A DNA stretch of 29,060 nucleotides from Macrostomum lignano (lineage: Eukaryota). The DNA is taken from NCBI GenBank assembly GCA_002269645.1, contig NIVC01001099.1:1-29060 (forward strand), read 5' to 3'. Both the position numbers and the translations under genes were made by a program. Under the pieces are notes generated by a model. That model saw only the letters and a list, made by a program, of their open reading frames with translations. It did not search any database and was not told where the DNA came from. Below, in pieces: positions 1-12,129 of this stretch (positions are counted from its first letter, which is position 1; each line of letters begins with the position of its first letter).

Positions 1-74
1 CTATCTGTCGCTCATGCAATTATTTAAACCATGTTAGCTGTCAGCCAAGCCAAGCAGATGAAGAAACGGATTAC

Positions 75-2652
75 CCTGTCAGCAGGCTGGCCGCCCCCGC
101 GCACCAACACCTGGTGCTTGAGGCTCTCTTGAATGTAGGTCAGCTCCTCCCGGCTGATCCAGGGATTGGCGGCTGGCGAGCTGTGCGCCAGAATGCTCCA
201 GGCGATGAACCATGCGATGCCGGATGCACCTGGAGTATGATAATCGTTTGCGAGCGTTGCTATGCGTGATTGCTGCTATTGGAACTGTTGCTATGCCGAT
301 GGCCCTGGGAACTCACCAAACGTGTAGAACACTGCTGGCCAGCCGCCAAGGAAATCGGTGAGCACAGGTAGCCGCTGAGCGGCAGGCCAATCACCGTGCC
401 CATGTGGCTGCCTGCTCGAGTAGGAATCATTTGGCGATTGGTTTCCTGTTAGTTGCTATGCGGATGATTGCTACGCAACTGCGTAGTAACTGGGTTTTTA
501 CTAGTAGATGACTGCTACAGGGTATGCAGATGTTTGCTACGCGGATGATTGCTTTGCTGAGGGTTGCTATGCGGATTGCGGATGGTTGCTTTGCTAAGGG
601 TTGCTATGCGGATGGTTACTTTGCTAAGGGTTGCTATGCGGATGGTTCCTTTGCTAACGGTTGTTATGCCTATGCGGATGTTTGCTGTTGGTGGGGAATG
701 GTGGTTGCTATGCGCATAGTAGCTACGCGGATAGTTGCTATATGGATAGTTGCTATGCGAATGGTTGCTATGCCGATGGTTGCTATGTTGATGGTTGCTA
801 TGCGGATGTTGCTATGCAAATGGTTGCTATGTTGATAGCTGCTACGAGGATGGTTGCTGTGCAGATGGTAGCTATGCGGATGGTTGCTATGAGGATGATT
901 GCTATGTGGATGATAGCTATGCTGACGGTTGCTATGCGGGTGCTTAAGATTAACTTTTAAACTTTCGCGTACCTGAAATGATGAAGACGGCCATGGTGGT
1001 TCTCTCGACGGCGGCGCCCACTGGCTCAGCATGGCATTCAAGGAGGGAAACGTAACGCCCTGTCGAGATCGGGATGAACTTAGAGTTATGAGTACGGATT
1101 TTTGAAAAAAAATGCAGAAGTTCAGAGCCCTCGCTGACCTCGCCGACGCCCTCCAGCACGCGCAGGCAGATTAGGGCGGCCACGCCCAGTGCGCAGCCAG
1201 GGGGTCAGCAGCGTCAGGGCCGCGGTCCACAGAATGCCGATGCCGAGCACCCACTTGGCGCCGAAGCGCTCGGCCAGCAGGCCGCCGGGGATCTGCGTGA
1301 CGATGTAGCCCCAGAAGAATGAGCCCAGAATCAGGCCCTGGGTCTGCTCGTCCCAGCTGAACTGCCCGGCCTGCGGGGCCAACGTCGGATCAGGGATGCA
1401 CCGGTAGGGGGCAAAATGCATGGGGGGCAAAATGCATGGGAGGGGCAAAATGCACCGGTAGGGGGCAAAATGCATGGGGGGGGGCAAAATGCATGGGGGG
1501 CAAAATGCATGGGGGGCAAAATGCATGGGGGAAATGCATGGGGGGGGGCAAAATGCATGGGGGGGGCAAAATGCATGGGGGGGGCAAAATGCATGGGGGG
1601 AAATGCATGGGGGGCAAAATGCATGGGGGGTAAAATGCATGGGGGGGGCAAAATGCATGGGGTAAAATGCATGGGGGGCAAAATGCATGGGGGGGGGGTA
1701 AAATGCATGGGGGAAAATGCATGGGGGGTAAAATACATGGGGGAAAATGCATGGGGGGGGGGTAAAATGCATGGGGGAAAATGCATGGGGGGAAATGCAT
1801 GGGGGGGGGGTAAAATGCATGGGGGAAAATGCATGGGGGGGGCAAAATGCATGGGGGGGCAAAATGCATGGGGAAAATGCATGGGGGGGGTAAAATGCAT
1901 GGGGGGAATGCATGGGGGGAATGCATGGGGGAAAATGCATGGGGGGAGGGTAAAATGCATGGGGGGGGCAAAATGCATGGGGGGAAATGCATGGGGGGCA
2001 AAATGCATGGGGGGCAAAATGCATGGGGGGCAAAATGCATGGGGGGCAAAATGCATGGGGGGCAAAATGCATGGGGGGCAAAATGCATGGGGGGCAAAAT
2101 GCATGGGGGGGCAAAATGCATGGGGGGCATAATGCATGGGGGCAAAATGCATGGGGGGCAAAATGCATGGGGGGCAAAATGCATGGGGGGCAAAATGCAT
2201 GGGGGGGGCAAAATGCATGGGGGGCAAAATGCATGGGGGCAAAATGCATGGGGGGCAAAATGCATGGGGGGGCAAAATGCATGGGGGGCAAAATGCATGG
2301 GGCAAAATGCATGAGGGGCAAATGCATGGGGGGATGTATCGGGGGAGGTCAGAATGCATCAGTTGAGCAAAATATGATGAACTCGAATAGCTTAGAAGCA
2401 ACAAAAGAAATCGAGCCAAATCCCTCGCTTACCCTCGCAGCCGATGTGTCATTTGAAGCAGAGTCAGGCGGGCAGACCTCGTCATCGCTGGGCGCTGGGC
2501 GATCGCTGATTCAAACTCGCAGGCGATATCCTCCCCGTTGCGTTTACCATGGCAACCAGAGCTACGCTGAGGTTCACGCGCAGCATGTACACGATGGCGA
2601 AGCCCATGAAGCTGAGCACGCATAGCAGAGCGCGCTGGCTGACCGCCATCAT
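75..2652 (-). CDS. SLC17-family (sialin/VGLUT-like) MFS anion transporter, 5' five exons; gene continues past the left edge; carries frameshifts (sequencing error or pseudogene)
   Basis: Manually spliced exons 2652-2433, 1370-1139, 1059-973, 411-317 and 229-75 (alternative donor after 111), all GT-AG. Translation includes [59 protein letters not shown]|[33 protein letters not shown] and [13 protein letters not shown], which are established SLC17 motifs. The frame breaks in four of the five exons. Confidence 0.9.
257..945. repeat. Degenerate ~15-bp minisatellite (GGTTGCTATGCGGAT) in SLC17 introns
   Basis: About 30 diverged GTTGCTATGCGGAT-like units at 452-945, plus two units at 257-302 on the other side of exon 411-317. 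Confidence 0.9.
1405..2335. repeat. G-rich ~15-16-bp minisatellite (G5-9)CAAAATGCAT in SLC17 intron 1
   Basis: Roughly 60 units read directly, with variable G-run length. It produces the spurious MHFAPP/MGGKMH ORFs. Confidence 0.97.
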
Positions 2653-4332
2653 TCGCTGTGTTGTGCTATCAGTGCTGTGCAGCTGAGCGAAGTACTCTGT
2701 GCACTAACATTAGTTTGCCTGACCTATTATTGCACTATTTTATAATGCTAAACTGAGTGTCTAATACTCGTACTTACTAAGCACAAGGCAAAGGTAAATA
2801 AATGCTATAAAATTGTTTCGAAAAGTCAAAGTGGTTTAGTGTTCTGTAACTGACTCCTGACCTGGCTCTGAACTGGTTTTGGTTAATAGGACGCACACAC
2901 GCAACAACACTATCTATACACGCGAACCTCTCTCGGTCTAGTCTAACCCAAAGAGCTGGGGGAGGGCCGACTCGTGTTTAATTGTGGCGGGCGGAGTTTC
3001 TTACCCGACCCCTCTGTTCCGCGACAACACCCCCAATGTACATACTTCCCAAGTGTACATACAGTAATGAATGTACACTATAGAGAAGTGTACAATTCTC
3101 TCTTGGTCGACGTTCTCCAATGCCCGCAGTGCTATGGCCAGATATCTTTTTTATCAAATTAAAAGCTTAAAGTACTGATTTTTTTTATCAGTTTTTAAAC
3201 CTTAAGAAAAATACTTCAAACATATAATTTCGATTTTTTGCTGCTCCTGAAAGCAAAACAGAGTCTACTTTGGTCGCCCTCGAAAAATATTGTAATTGTA
3301 ATTGTTCAATTAAAACAGCACCCTCAAAAGTTCAATCCTAACCTTAGCAATAGCATTCACTCGTATCAAGAACCACGGCTAGTACATTCACATTCTGGGC
3401 TTCTAAAATTAAAGTAGTGCTTGTGCTTATTATATTAATGCTAATTATTCTTATACCTTTTGAGCTCGAGAAGATTGATAAGAAACCCCCTCTCCAGTTC
3501 ACAGTTGTATTTTTTCATAGGACAATTCCTTCAATGAACTTTTGAACGCACCTCCAAGCAAACGCATGCAAGTCCCTGAAAATGAGTCCAGCAATAAAAA
3601 CCATACTATTCTACTTGCAAACAGTAGCGTATCTAGAATTTAATTAGAAAAGGAGAACATGCAGAAAAATCTGATATGAATTTTCGCGTAAGCGGTCCCT
3701 AAATCAGCAATCAGATTGCACTTTATCCTGCCGACCGGAGCTGCATTTAAGAGACCAATTGAGATGCCAGAAATGCAAAGAAAGTCCGCAGTTAGCTTGA
3801 AATTAAGTTGCTCAAACTCAATTTTTATTTATTTATATTTTTTTGCGAAAGCGTCTGTGCTACAAGCTAAAACAAGATTAATTCGATTTTTTGTTTATTG
3901 ATGAGGCAGCTTTGAGCTGCTGTCGGGAAACTGTACGAGTTAGCTCGTACTTTTTGTTGGCCTGCTGCAGGTTGCTGCAGTTTTAATGCTGGGAATTGGA
4001 TCGATCGCTGCGATTTAGCGGCCGAAAGCGCTGCAGAAGACGAGTGAGAAAAGCTTTCTTTGCAGATGTCAGCAGCAGTTCCTGCATGATTCATGCGCGA
4101 AATTCAGGGCAGAACGTAATTGCCAAATGCTGGGCTGCAGCCACCGCAGGTCTTTGATGCCACTCTGCTCCCGCACTCAGTGGGCTCATTGTTGACCAGA
4201 ACCGTCCTGGGAGCGAAGAGCAGATAAAATTTTTTGTTCTGGGATTTGAAAGTGCCGACAGGATTGACTAATGGGCTTTATAGACAGCTTTAACATTTTA
4301 TACAACTGTTGAATTCTCGGTTTCTGCTGTCC

Positions 4333-4639
<307 letters not shown>

Positions 4640-5834
4640 GGCATATTTGCTAGAATGCATGCTCTGAACGCGCCCGAGTCGAGCAGGTTCGCAACCAGCT
4701 GCGATCCGGCTCCCAGTCAAGGTTCGAACTCGGCAAGCCCCCCTTCCGAGAATTAATTGGCAATGTCGATTCCTGCAATTCTCGTCACCTTTCACAGGAA
4801 ATTATTCCTGCCGCCAAGCAGACGACTTTCCGAATATCACAGGGACACAGCAATGTTTTTATTGATCTTTCCGATACAGCGGGCTGCCTGCCTCCCGCAG
4901 CCAGTTGCGAAGCGCAGCAACGGGGCACGCAGATTTCTTAGAAAAAAACCGCGGCCTTGCCGGCCCTGCCGCCCGCTGTTTGCTTTCCTTTCTGGCGCCT
5001 TTGCACCCGGCAGTTTTAATTCTCAGGAGATTCGCATCTTCATCCCATTCCTGTTTTACTAATCCGGCAACGCAGTTCCATAGGATCAGCCCCACCCCGC
5101 CCCCCGATTGCTCCCCACCCATTATTTATCTTCCAGCTCCTCTCCTCATCTCCCTTTTCTCCTCATTCATTTTCCCTTTTTTCTCTCTATTCAGAAATCA
5201 GAGCAAAGCTAAGTTAAGCAGAGTTGGCCGCGGTTAGCACTGAGATGAATAGGCTGCAGTGCGCCACCGCGGGTCTGGCGCCCGTTTTTGTTATCTTCAT
5301 CTTTTTGAAACCAGTCATTTTTTCTCCCCTGATCCCAAGTTTCTCCCAAAAACGCCAAACTGAGTGCAAGATACCGCTCAAGCCTCACGAAAGCAAAGCC
5401 TGAAGGGATTCAATTTGGCAAACAGCCCCGGGGGTCTCCCCGGGTTCAAAAGAATTTCTCCCGTGGAATCTGCGCCAGTCAGTGAAATCCCGAGATCTCT
5501 GGGCCCTGAACTGGATTGATCGGCGCCAGGAGCAGATTGTTTTTGTTTTAATCCCAAAAATATCTGCGGGAAAAATTTACTCACGTGTTGATGCTGGGCC
5601 TCCAATTGCGGGGCTCCGCTTTTCATTGAAATTTTTATTTCCTGCAGCCCTGCCTGCCAATTGCTTTCACTTAATTAATTAATTAGCAAATTCATTGGCT
5701 TTGGCAGCCCCGCATCGGGCCGGCTGCAGCCTTCGGCGGCCCGACTTGACAGCCTCCGGCCCGCTGCTTCCAGGAGCGGAAATCCGAGATTTCTGGGACT
5801 GGCGGCCGGCTTGCCTCTAGCGGGCTGATGAGAG

Positions 5835-5879
5835 CTGTCTGTCTGTCTGTCTTAGTGTCTGTCTGTCTGTCTGTCTGGC

Positions 5880-5932
<53 letters not shown>

Positions 5933-5933
5933 T

Positions 5934-6010
<77 letters not shown>

Positions 6011-6011
6011 G

Positions 6012-6070
<59 letters not shown>

Positions 6071-6077
6071 GTGTGTG

Positions 6078-6126
<49 letters not shown>

Positions 6127-6169
6127 TAGTGTCTGTCTGTCTGTCTGTCTGTCTGCCTGACTATCTGTG

Positions 6170-6256
<87 letters not shown>

Positions 6257-6267
6257 GTGTGTGTGTG

Positions 6268-6316
<49 letters not shown>

Positions 6317-6359
6317 TAGTGTCTGTCTGTCTGTCTGTCTGTCTGCCTGACTATCTGTG

Positions 6360-6423
<64 letters not shown>
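5835..6423. repeat. (GTCT)n microsatellite with GTCTTAGTGTC interruptions and an internal 190-bp duplication
   Basis: Read directly. The block CTGTCTTAGT...GCCTGACTATCTGTGT recurs at 6121 and 6311. Confidence 0.98.
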
Positions 6424-6907
6424 GCCTGAGCATGCGCAGCTGTCGCACTCAAGCTATCAGCCAGTCTGCATGAAGTTTCCTCACTGAGAAAGACATTTTC
6501 CTTGCCAAAACTGCGTGACAGCCGAGAGACGCTCAGGTAAAGCAGGTGAGCTCGCCTGCCCAGATCGGACACGCGCCGGCAATGGGGGATAATTGGGAGA
6601 GCTGATGGGAGAACAGTAGAGCTTCAGAGTTCAGAGAACTGTTGAGGCAGAGGCTTTTATCCCCGACTCAGTCATCTGCAAGAATTAGCTGAGTAAAGCA
6701 ACTACTCTTTAGATGAAGCGGTGCAGCTCATGCAGGCAGCAATTTCGCATCGACCCCGCAAGATGATACCCGTTCGGTTCCTGCTGTATAACGTAGAAGG
6801 TCCTTGAGTGGACTAGAGGGAACAAAATTATAAAAAACTATAAACTAAGCTTTCTTTTAGGTATGAAAATGAATGCGCTACACACGTGAGGCTGCGCTTG
6901 CAATTAT

Positions 6908-6913
6908 TTTATT
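6908..6913 (-). promoter_or_regulatory. Candidate polyadenylation signal (AATAAA) of the DEG/ENaC gene
   Basis: TTTATT on the plus strand, about 350 nt downstream of the stop at 7266. Confidence 0.4.
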
Positions 6914-7265
6914 TTTGGTCCGGGCTGTTACGGAAAAGTGCTGGAATTGAAACCGGAAGAAAACCGGCCATTCCTCCCTAGCCGTTTTAGCTCGTAGTTT
7001 GCATCCGGAATTCATTTGAACGGATAAGAGTTTTTGCTTAGAAATAGGGCCCGGGCTCTGATTGGCCCAGGGAAGTCACGTGCTGGGGTGGTGGGGGCAA
7101 AAAAGGGTGCTGTCACAAAAATTCTAAAAATAGCAACATTCTTTAGCCTATCAACCAATGAGATTTGCTCAGCCTGTTTTCATTCAAGTCACCTCGTAGC
7201 TTGCAGCCCTCAGGGCGGCTTCAACTTTTGAAGTAAGTCACGGGTTCGCAGATCGGCGCCTTGAC

Positions 7266-10200
7266 TCAGCCGCAGTCAGCTGTCACGTCTTCGTTCCTGA
7301 GCTGCTTGCCGGAGTCAATTAGGTTCAGGGCCTCCCGAGCGGCCCCGGGGCCGCCTCCGGCATCATTGTTACCTTCTCCGCCTCTCCGGCCGGCGTAGAC
7401 GTCGCAGCAGTGCACCAGGAAGTCGATCAGCTCCACGATGAAGATCATCGTTAGGCCGACAAAGATCGACAGCAGGCCGCCGACCTGGCTAAGAAATGAT
7501 GTCAGCGACAGGACCTCCTTTTCCTCTACTTGGTGCAGGTCGAAGTTCGGTCGGATGAGCTGGATGGACAGCAGGTTCCGCTCCAGGATGCTGACATTTT
7601 GCACCAGCTGGAAAGCGGAGTCCAGTCGGCCCGCGCGCTCCAGCTCGATGGCCTTCGCGTAGATCTGCATCTCCGGCCGCTGCTGCAGGCGGCTGTAGAC
7701 GCGGGTCTGCAGCAGGTACAGCTGCCACGCCTTGGTGGGCCAGTCGGAGGTCGACCGCTCGGTCTGGTAGCTGTAGAAGGCGCACGGAATGCTGCAACTC
7801 TCCACCACGTCCTTGGAGTACTTGGAGATCACGGCCTGCTTGCAGCGGATGTGCTCGTACGCCCTATCCAGGGCCGCTTCGCAAACTTTGCTGCTGCTGT
7901 TGCCGGCTGTGCAGGCGCCCAGGGGCAGAAATTCTTGGAGACCGGTGCAGTAGGTGATGTTGCTGCCAGCCTCCTCGGGCACCAGCGGGTACTCGATGGC
8001 CTGTTGTGGTGGTTCAAGTAACTGAGGTGAGCAAACGGGTGATGGCCTGTTGCGGTGGTTCAAGTAACTGAGGTGAGCAAGCGGGTGATGGCCTGTTGCG
8101 GTGGTTCAAGTAACTGAGGTGAGCAAACGGGTGATGGCCTGTTGTGGTGGTTCAAGTAACTGAGGTGAGCAAACGGGTGATGGCCTGTTGCGGTGGTTCA
8201 AGTAACTGAGGTGAGCAAACGGGTGATCTTTTATTGGCGGTTTTAGTGAGTTGTGATGATCCGTCAGGATTTGGTGAATTTTCTAAGCAACAAAGGGTCA
8301 GCAGGGAGCCGCTGAGGTCACCTGACAGCCGCAGGAGGCTCGGATGTCCATCTGGATGGTCATCTGCCTGCAGGCGTCCTCGCTGTAGCTGTACTCCCTG
8401 CCCTGCAGCCCCAGCGACTGCGGGGTGTCCGGCGAGCAGCGCCCGTACGGCGGCTGCTTCTGGACATTCAGCACGTGCTTGAGCTTGACCTCGGTGAGCG
8501 AGCCGGACTTCAGGTGCACCGCGTTGTTGTTCACATCCGGGTGCGTGTCGCCGGAGTGAATGGTCAGCACCGCGCCAGACAGCTGCGTGTTGATGTCCTG
8601 CGGGCGGGCGAGCCAGGAATCGAGTCCTCAATGCCTTATTGAGAGGCGGCACCTCAGCTTTGCTCAACTTCAAAGGCATCATCTGAACCGCGGTCATCTG
8701 TCTAGCAAAGCCTCTGGTGCAGACGGGCGCAGTTGATGCTTGTGGCTTCAACTGCGCATCATTTATTGCAGACTTGCGCTGCGGACCGCGCTAAGTGCTC
8801 GGAATGACTTGCAGCATGAAGGCAGAACAATAAAGACGGAAGCGTACCGGCCAATTTATAATACAGACCGATGAAAGGCAAAAAGATAATGTTTCATATC
8901 CCTCATTTGCTATTCGTGTTGGAGATCCCCTATTGTCACCTAAGCCACTCTCGATCAGCCTGCAATCGATCCGGATAATCAGTCTGCAATCTAATCAGTC
9001 TGCAATCTAATCAGTCTGCAATCTAATCAGTCTGCAATCTAATCAGTCTGCAATCTAATCAGTCTGCAATCTAATCAGTCTGCAATCTAATCAGTCTGCA
9101 GTCTAATCAGTCTGCAGTCTAATCAGTCTGCAATCTAACCAGTCTGCAATCTAATCAATCTGCAGTCTAATCAGTCTGCAATCTAATCAGTCTGCAATCT
9201 AATCAGTCTGCAATCTAATCAGTCTGCAATCTAATCAGTCTGCAATCTAATCAGTCTGCAATCTAATCAGTCTGCAATCTAATCAGTCTGCAGTCTAATC
9301 AGTCTGCAATCTAATCAGTCTGCAATCTAATCAGTCTGCAATCGAATCAGTCTGCAATCTAATCAGTCTGCAATCTAATCAGTCTGCAATCTAATCAGTC
9401 TGCAATCTAATCAGTCTGCAATCTAATCAGTCTGCAATCTAATCAGTCTGCAGTCTAATCAGTCTGCAATCTAATCAGTCTGCAATCTAATCAGTCTGCA
9501 ATCTAATCAGTCTGCAATCTAATCAGTCTGCAATCGAATCAGTCTGCAATCTAACTAGTCTAGTCTCGTAGTCAAACATAGATCTTCAAGCCTGCAGCTC
9601 ACCTGCAGGTAGCAGTCGGTGCAATAGAAATGCTCCGGGCTCCACTCGTTGTCCAGGTAGACGGCCATCTCAACCAGAGACGCGTTCTGCCGCAGCTTCT
9701 CGTCGATGTCCAGCGTGAAACAGTTCAAGAAGCTGCCGTGAACGAATGCGTGGAAGCGGCCGGCCCAGAGGTCCAGCGGGCTGGGCGCGAACTCGCGGGA
9801 GCAGTAGTACTGGTTGCGGGCGCTGCCGTTGCGCAACAGCACCTTGCATTCCACGATGAAGTCAACGAGCTCGTGGCCCAGCTGGCTGTCCTGGCCGCTC
9901 GGCAGGCTCTCCAGGAAGGCCGGCAGGCCGAAGGAGCCGGTGAAGTAGTGGTACTTGTGCCGCGTCTCCGGCTTGTCGAAGTACTGCCTCCTGGCCGCGA
10001 CCTCCAGCGCCATCGAGAACTGTCGTGGATTCTTCCAGCCGCGCTGCCGGATCAGCGACTTCCCGCGCGAGGACAGCGGACGCATGTTGCAGATGGTCAG
10101 CGAGGGGAACGGCGAGCTGGCATCCTTCAGCACGCGCGGCGGGTGCATGACGTCATACTCGAGGAACTGGCCGACGAGGAAGCTCAGGCAGACGAGGCAG

Positions 10201-10370
10201 CTGGCGAACAGCATCAGCACGAAGAAGGTCCACAACAGGCGCAGCCGGGTGGACTCGGACTTGACGATCCGCGGGATGCCCCGGATGGTGGTGTTCTCGC
10301 AGAAGCGGACAAACTGGCGGCGCAGCTCGGAGCCGCGGCCTCTGGGCGGCGGCGGCTGTGACGGCGGCAT
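7266..10370 (-). CDS. DEG/ENaC (amiloride-sensitive sodium channel superfamily) subunit, 3 exons, about 592 aa
   Basis: Exons 10370-9603, 8597-8322 and 8000-7266, all phase 0 with GT-AG and an open frame throughout. Motifs: FCENTTIRG before TM1, TM1 LLWTFFVLMLFASCLVCLSFLV, FPSLTICNMRP, FLNCFT, SYSEDAC, CGCQ|AIEYP, CSIPC, DWPT and TM2 FLSQVGGLLSIFVGLTMIFIVELID. Confidence 0.95.
7995..8224. repeat. 5 x 46-bp tandem repeat containing the ENaC intron-2 splice acceptor
   Basis: Units start at 7995, 8041, 8087, 8133 and 8179. The sense-strand unit is ACCCGTTTGCTCACCTCAGTTACTTGAACCACC(A/G)CAACAG|GCCATC. Confidence 0.97.
8977..9552. repeat. 36 x 16-bp minisatellite AATCAGTCTGCAATCT in ENaC intron 1
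   Basis: 576 bp of near-perfect 16-bp units, read directly. Confidence 0.97.
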
Positions 10371-10599
10371 GGCGGGGGCAGCTGCTGGCTCGGCCAGGCG
10401 CTCCGCAGGGCTGCCTGCATTTTGAAGGCTCGGCTGGCCGGCTTGTGCGAGAGGCGAAGCGGCCGGATTGGCTGAGCGGCGCTGGCGGTCGGGGATCAGG
10501 GGTCAGGGCCGGGAGTTTTGGGAGGGAAATGGGATGCGAGAAGGAGGAGGGGACAAGGATACCTGTGGCCAGAGTCTATCAAAACGTCGGTTATGAGGA

Positions 10600-10874
10600 G
10601 GGCCGTAGCCCGGAGGTCCAGCTTGGCGCTGATGTGCCAGCGGCCCAGGCTCGATTCCAAGTGCAGTCACATTCATTGGGGGCTGAATTGGAATCTGGGC
10701 TTGGCTCTGCTTGTGCAAGTAACGCCCTTGAGGGCCAACCCCAGTGGGCATGCCTAACGATAGATAAAGTGTGAGTGTGCCTGTGCGCTTGTGTGCCTGC
10801 TCAGGAGAGTCGGCGAAATGGGCAGCAATGCCTCTCGCCGGTTGTGTTGACAAAGTCGCTTGAAGTGCGCCAGG
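10600..10874 (+). mobile_element. tRNA-derived SINE-like element, copy 1
   Basis: Degenerate A-box (TAGCCCGGAGG) and B-box (GGCTCGATTCC). It shares ordered blocks with 21623-21891: CTCGATTCCAAGTGCAGTCACA, AATTGGAATCT, TTGGCTCTGCT, CTTGAGGGCCAACCCCA, CATGCCTAACGATA and CTCTCGCCGGTTG. Confidence 0.7.
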
Positions 10875-12129
10875 ATGCAGAAAGCTCCCTGTCTCTGATC
10901 TACGCTCGTAAAAGTTGGTTAAGAGCTATTGCTGACAGATGCAGTTTTATTTTACCTTTTAAGCTGGATTTGTTACGGAGACAATTTGCTTGGCTCAAAA
11001 TGAAAGCTTCTGTTTTTTAAACCAGCCAAACAATAAAACCCCTTTCTGCTGCAAAATGCACTTTTATGCCCAGCTAATAATAAGAATAAAATTAATAGTT
11101 GATTACACCTGTCCTAATGGGCAGATGTGCAACGGCTGCTCAGTCCAAAGGACTGGGGGGGGGGGGTCGCCACACACACCTTCAATTACCCCAGCTAATG
11201 CTGGAAAACACCCTCTCCAGCTCCTTACGGCCTCCACCTTATTTCTAAGAAACTGATCGTGGCGTCCTGTCGCTTCAGCTGTCCATGCCGCAAAACACGA
11301 GCAGACAAGTAATTAAAGCAGGGAATATTGAGAACCGTCTTTGATGACATAAAACACGAGAGCCAACCCGATGAAGTGTGCCCATAAATGCGATTCAATA
11401 GACAATAGAGGACAGATCTCAAACCCTGTCTCCCTGAGCACTGCCCGCCCTCCGCAGCTGAAGTGTCGCAGATACTTCATGATTGGCATTGAAATTCAAG
11501 CCCGAGTTTGCGCCAGCCAGTTCAGCCTGTACTCGTGCAAATCTCCTTTCATTTGCTGATGCAGGGCCTGTTTGATTGCACAGCTTCCCCAGCTCTGATG
11601 GAGCCCACGGTTCGTTCGTCTTCAACTTTCAATTAGCTTTCGGATTTGACCTGGGCGCCAGAAATGCAGTTTGGCGGAGGCTGGCGACCGGCGAAATCCC
11701 CCCGGTGCTGAGCTGGGGGAGTCTGGGAATCCCGGCTGGGACAAATCTAATTTCCACACTGGCTTTCTCAGCCGCCGCTCCGCAGCACTTCTTCTTCCGC
11801 GCTCCGCGAATCGTTTTGCCTGCTTCCGCTGTCTGCATCCTTACCGAACTCGCCCTGATCGAGTTCTGCTTTGCTCGGCTCTCACCTGCCCGCCGTCCCC
11901 GCTCTTCATGCTCTTTGAATTTTTTAGTTCACTTCATGGCTTTGCCTCAACGCTGTGCCGCCGTGGCCTGCGCTGAGTCGCTTAATTAACGGCTACAACT
12001 CACTCTGACTGGCGACTCCAGCAACTCACACACTGCGCCTCCTTACCTGACCTTTATCCCTGCTTTCGATTCTTCCGCCCAGTGTCTCTCCCTGTGTTCT
12101 GCATTCCTACCCCCTTCTGTTCCCTCTCC

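Noticed and set aside
524-2419. Long ORFs such as 1122-2327, 1331-2419, 1416-2132 and 524-835
   Set aside because: They are translations of minisatellites. Only the 1370-1139 part is a real exon.
4083-4206. Acceptor-like TTCGCTCCCAG followed by DGLVNNEPTECGSRVASKTCGGCSPAFGNYVLP* on the minus strand
   Set aside because: No recognisable homology and no partner exon found, so it is too weak to call.
5484-5798. Two copies of GAAATCC(C)GAGAT(C/T)TCTGGG
   Set aside because: Only a ~20-bp dispersed match; no function can be supported.
7438-10425. Plus-strand ORFs 7530-8021, 9630-10361 and 9955-10425; likewise minus ORF 16758-17489
   Set aside because: They are antisense shadows of GC3-rich real exons.
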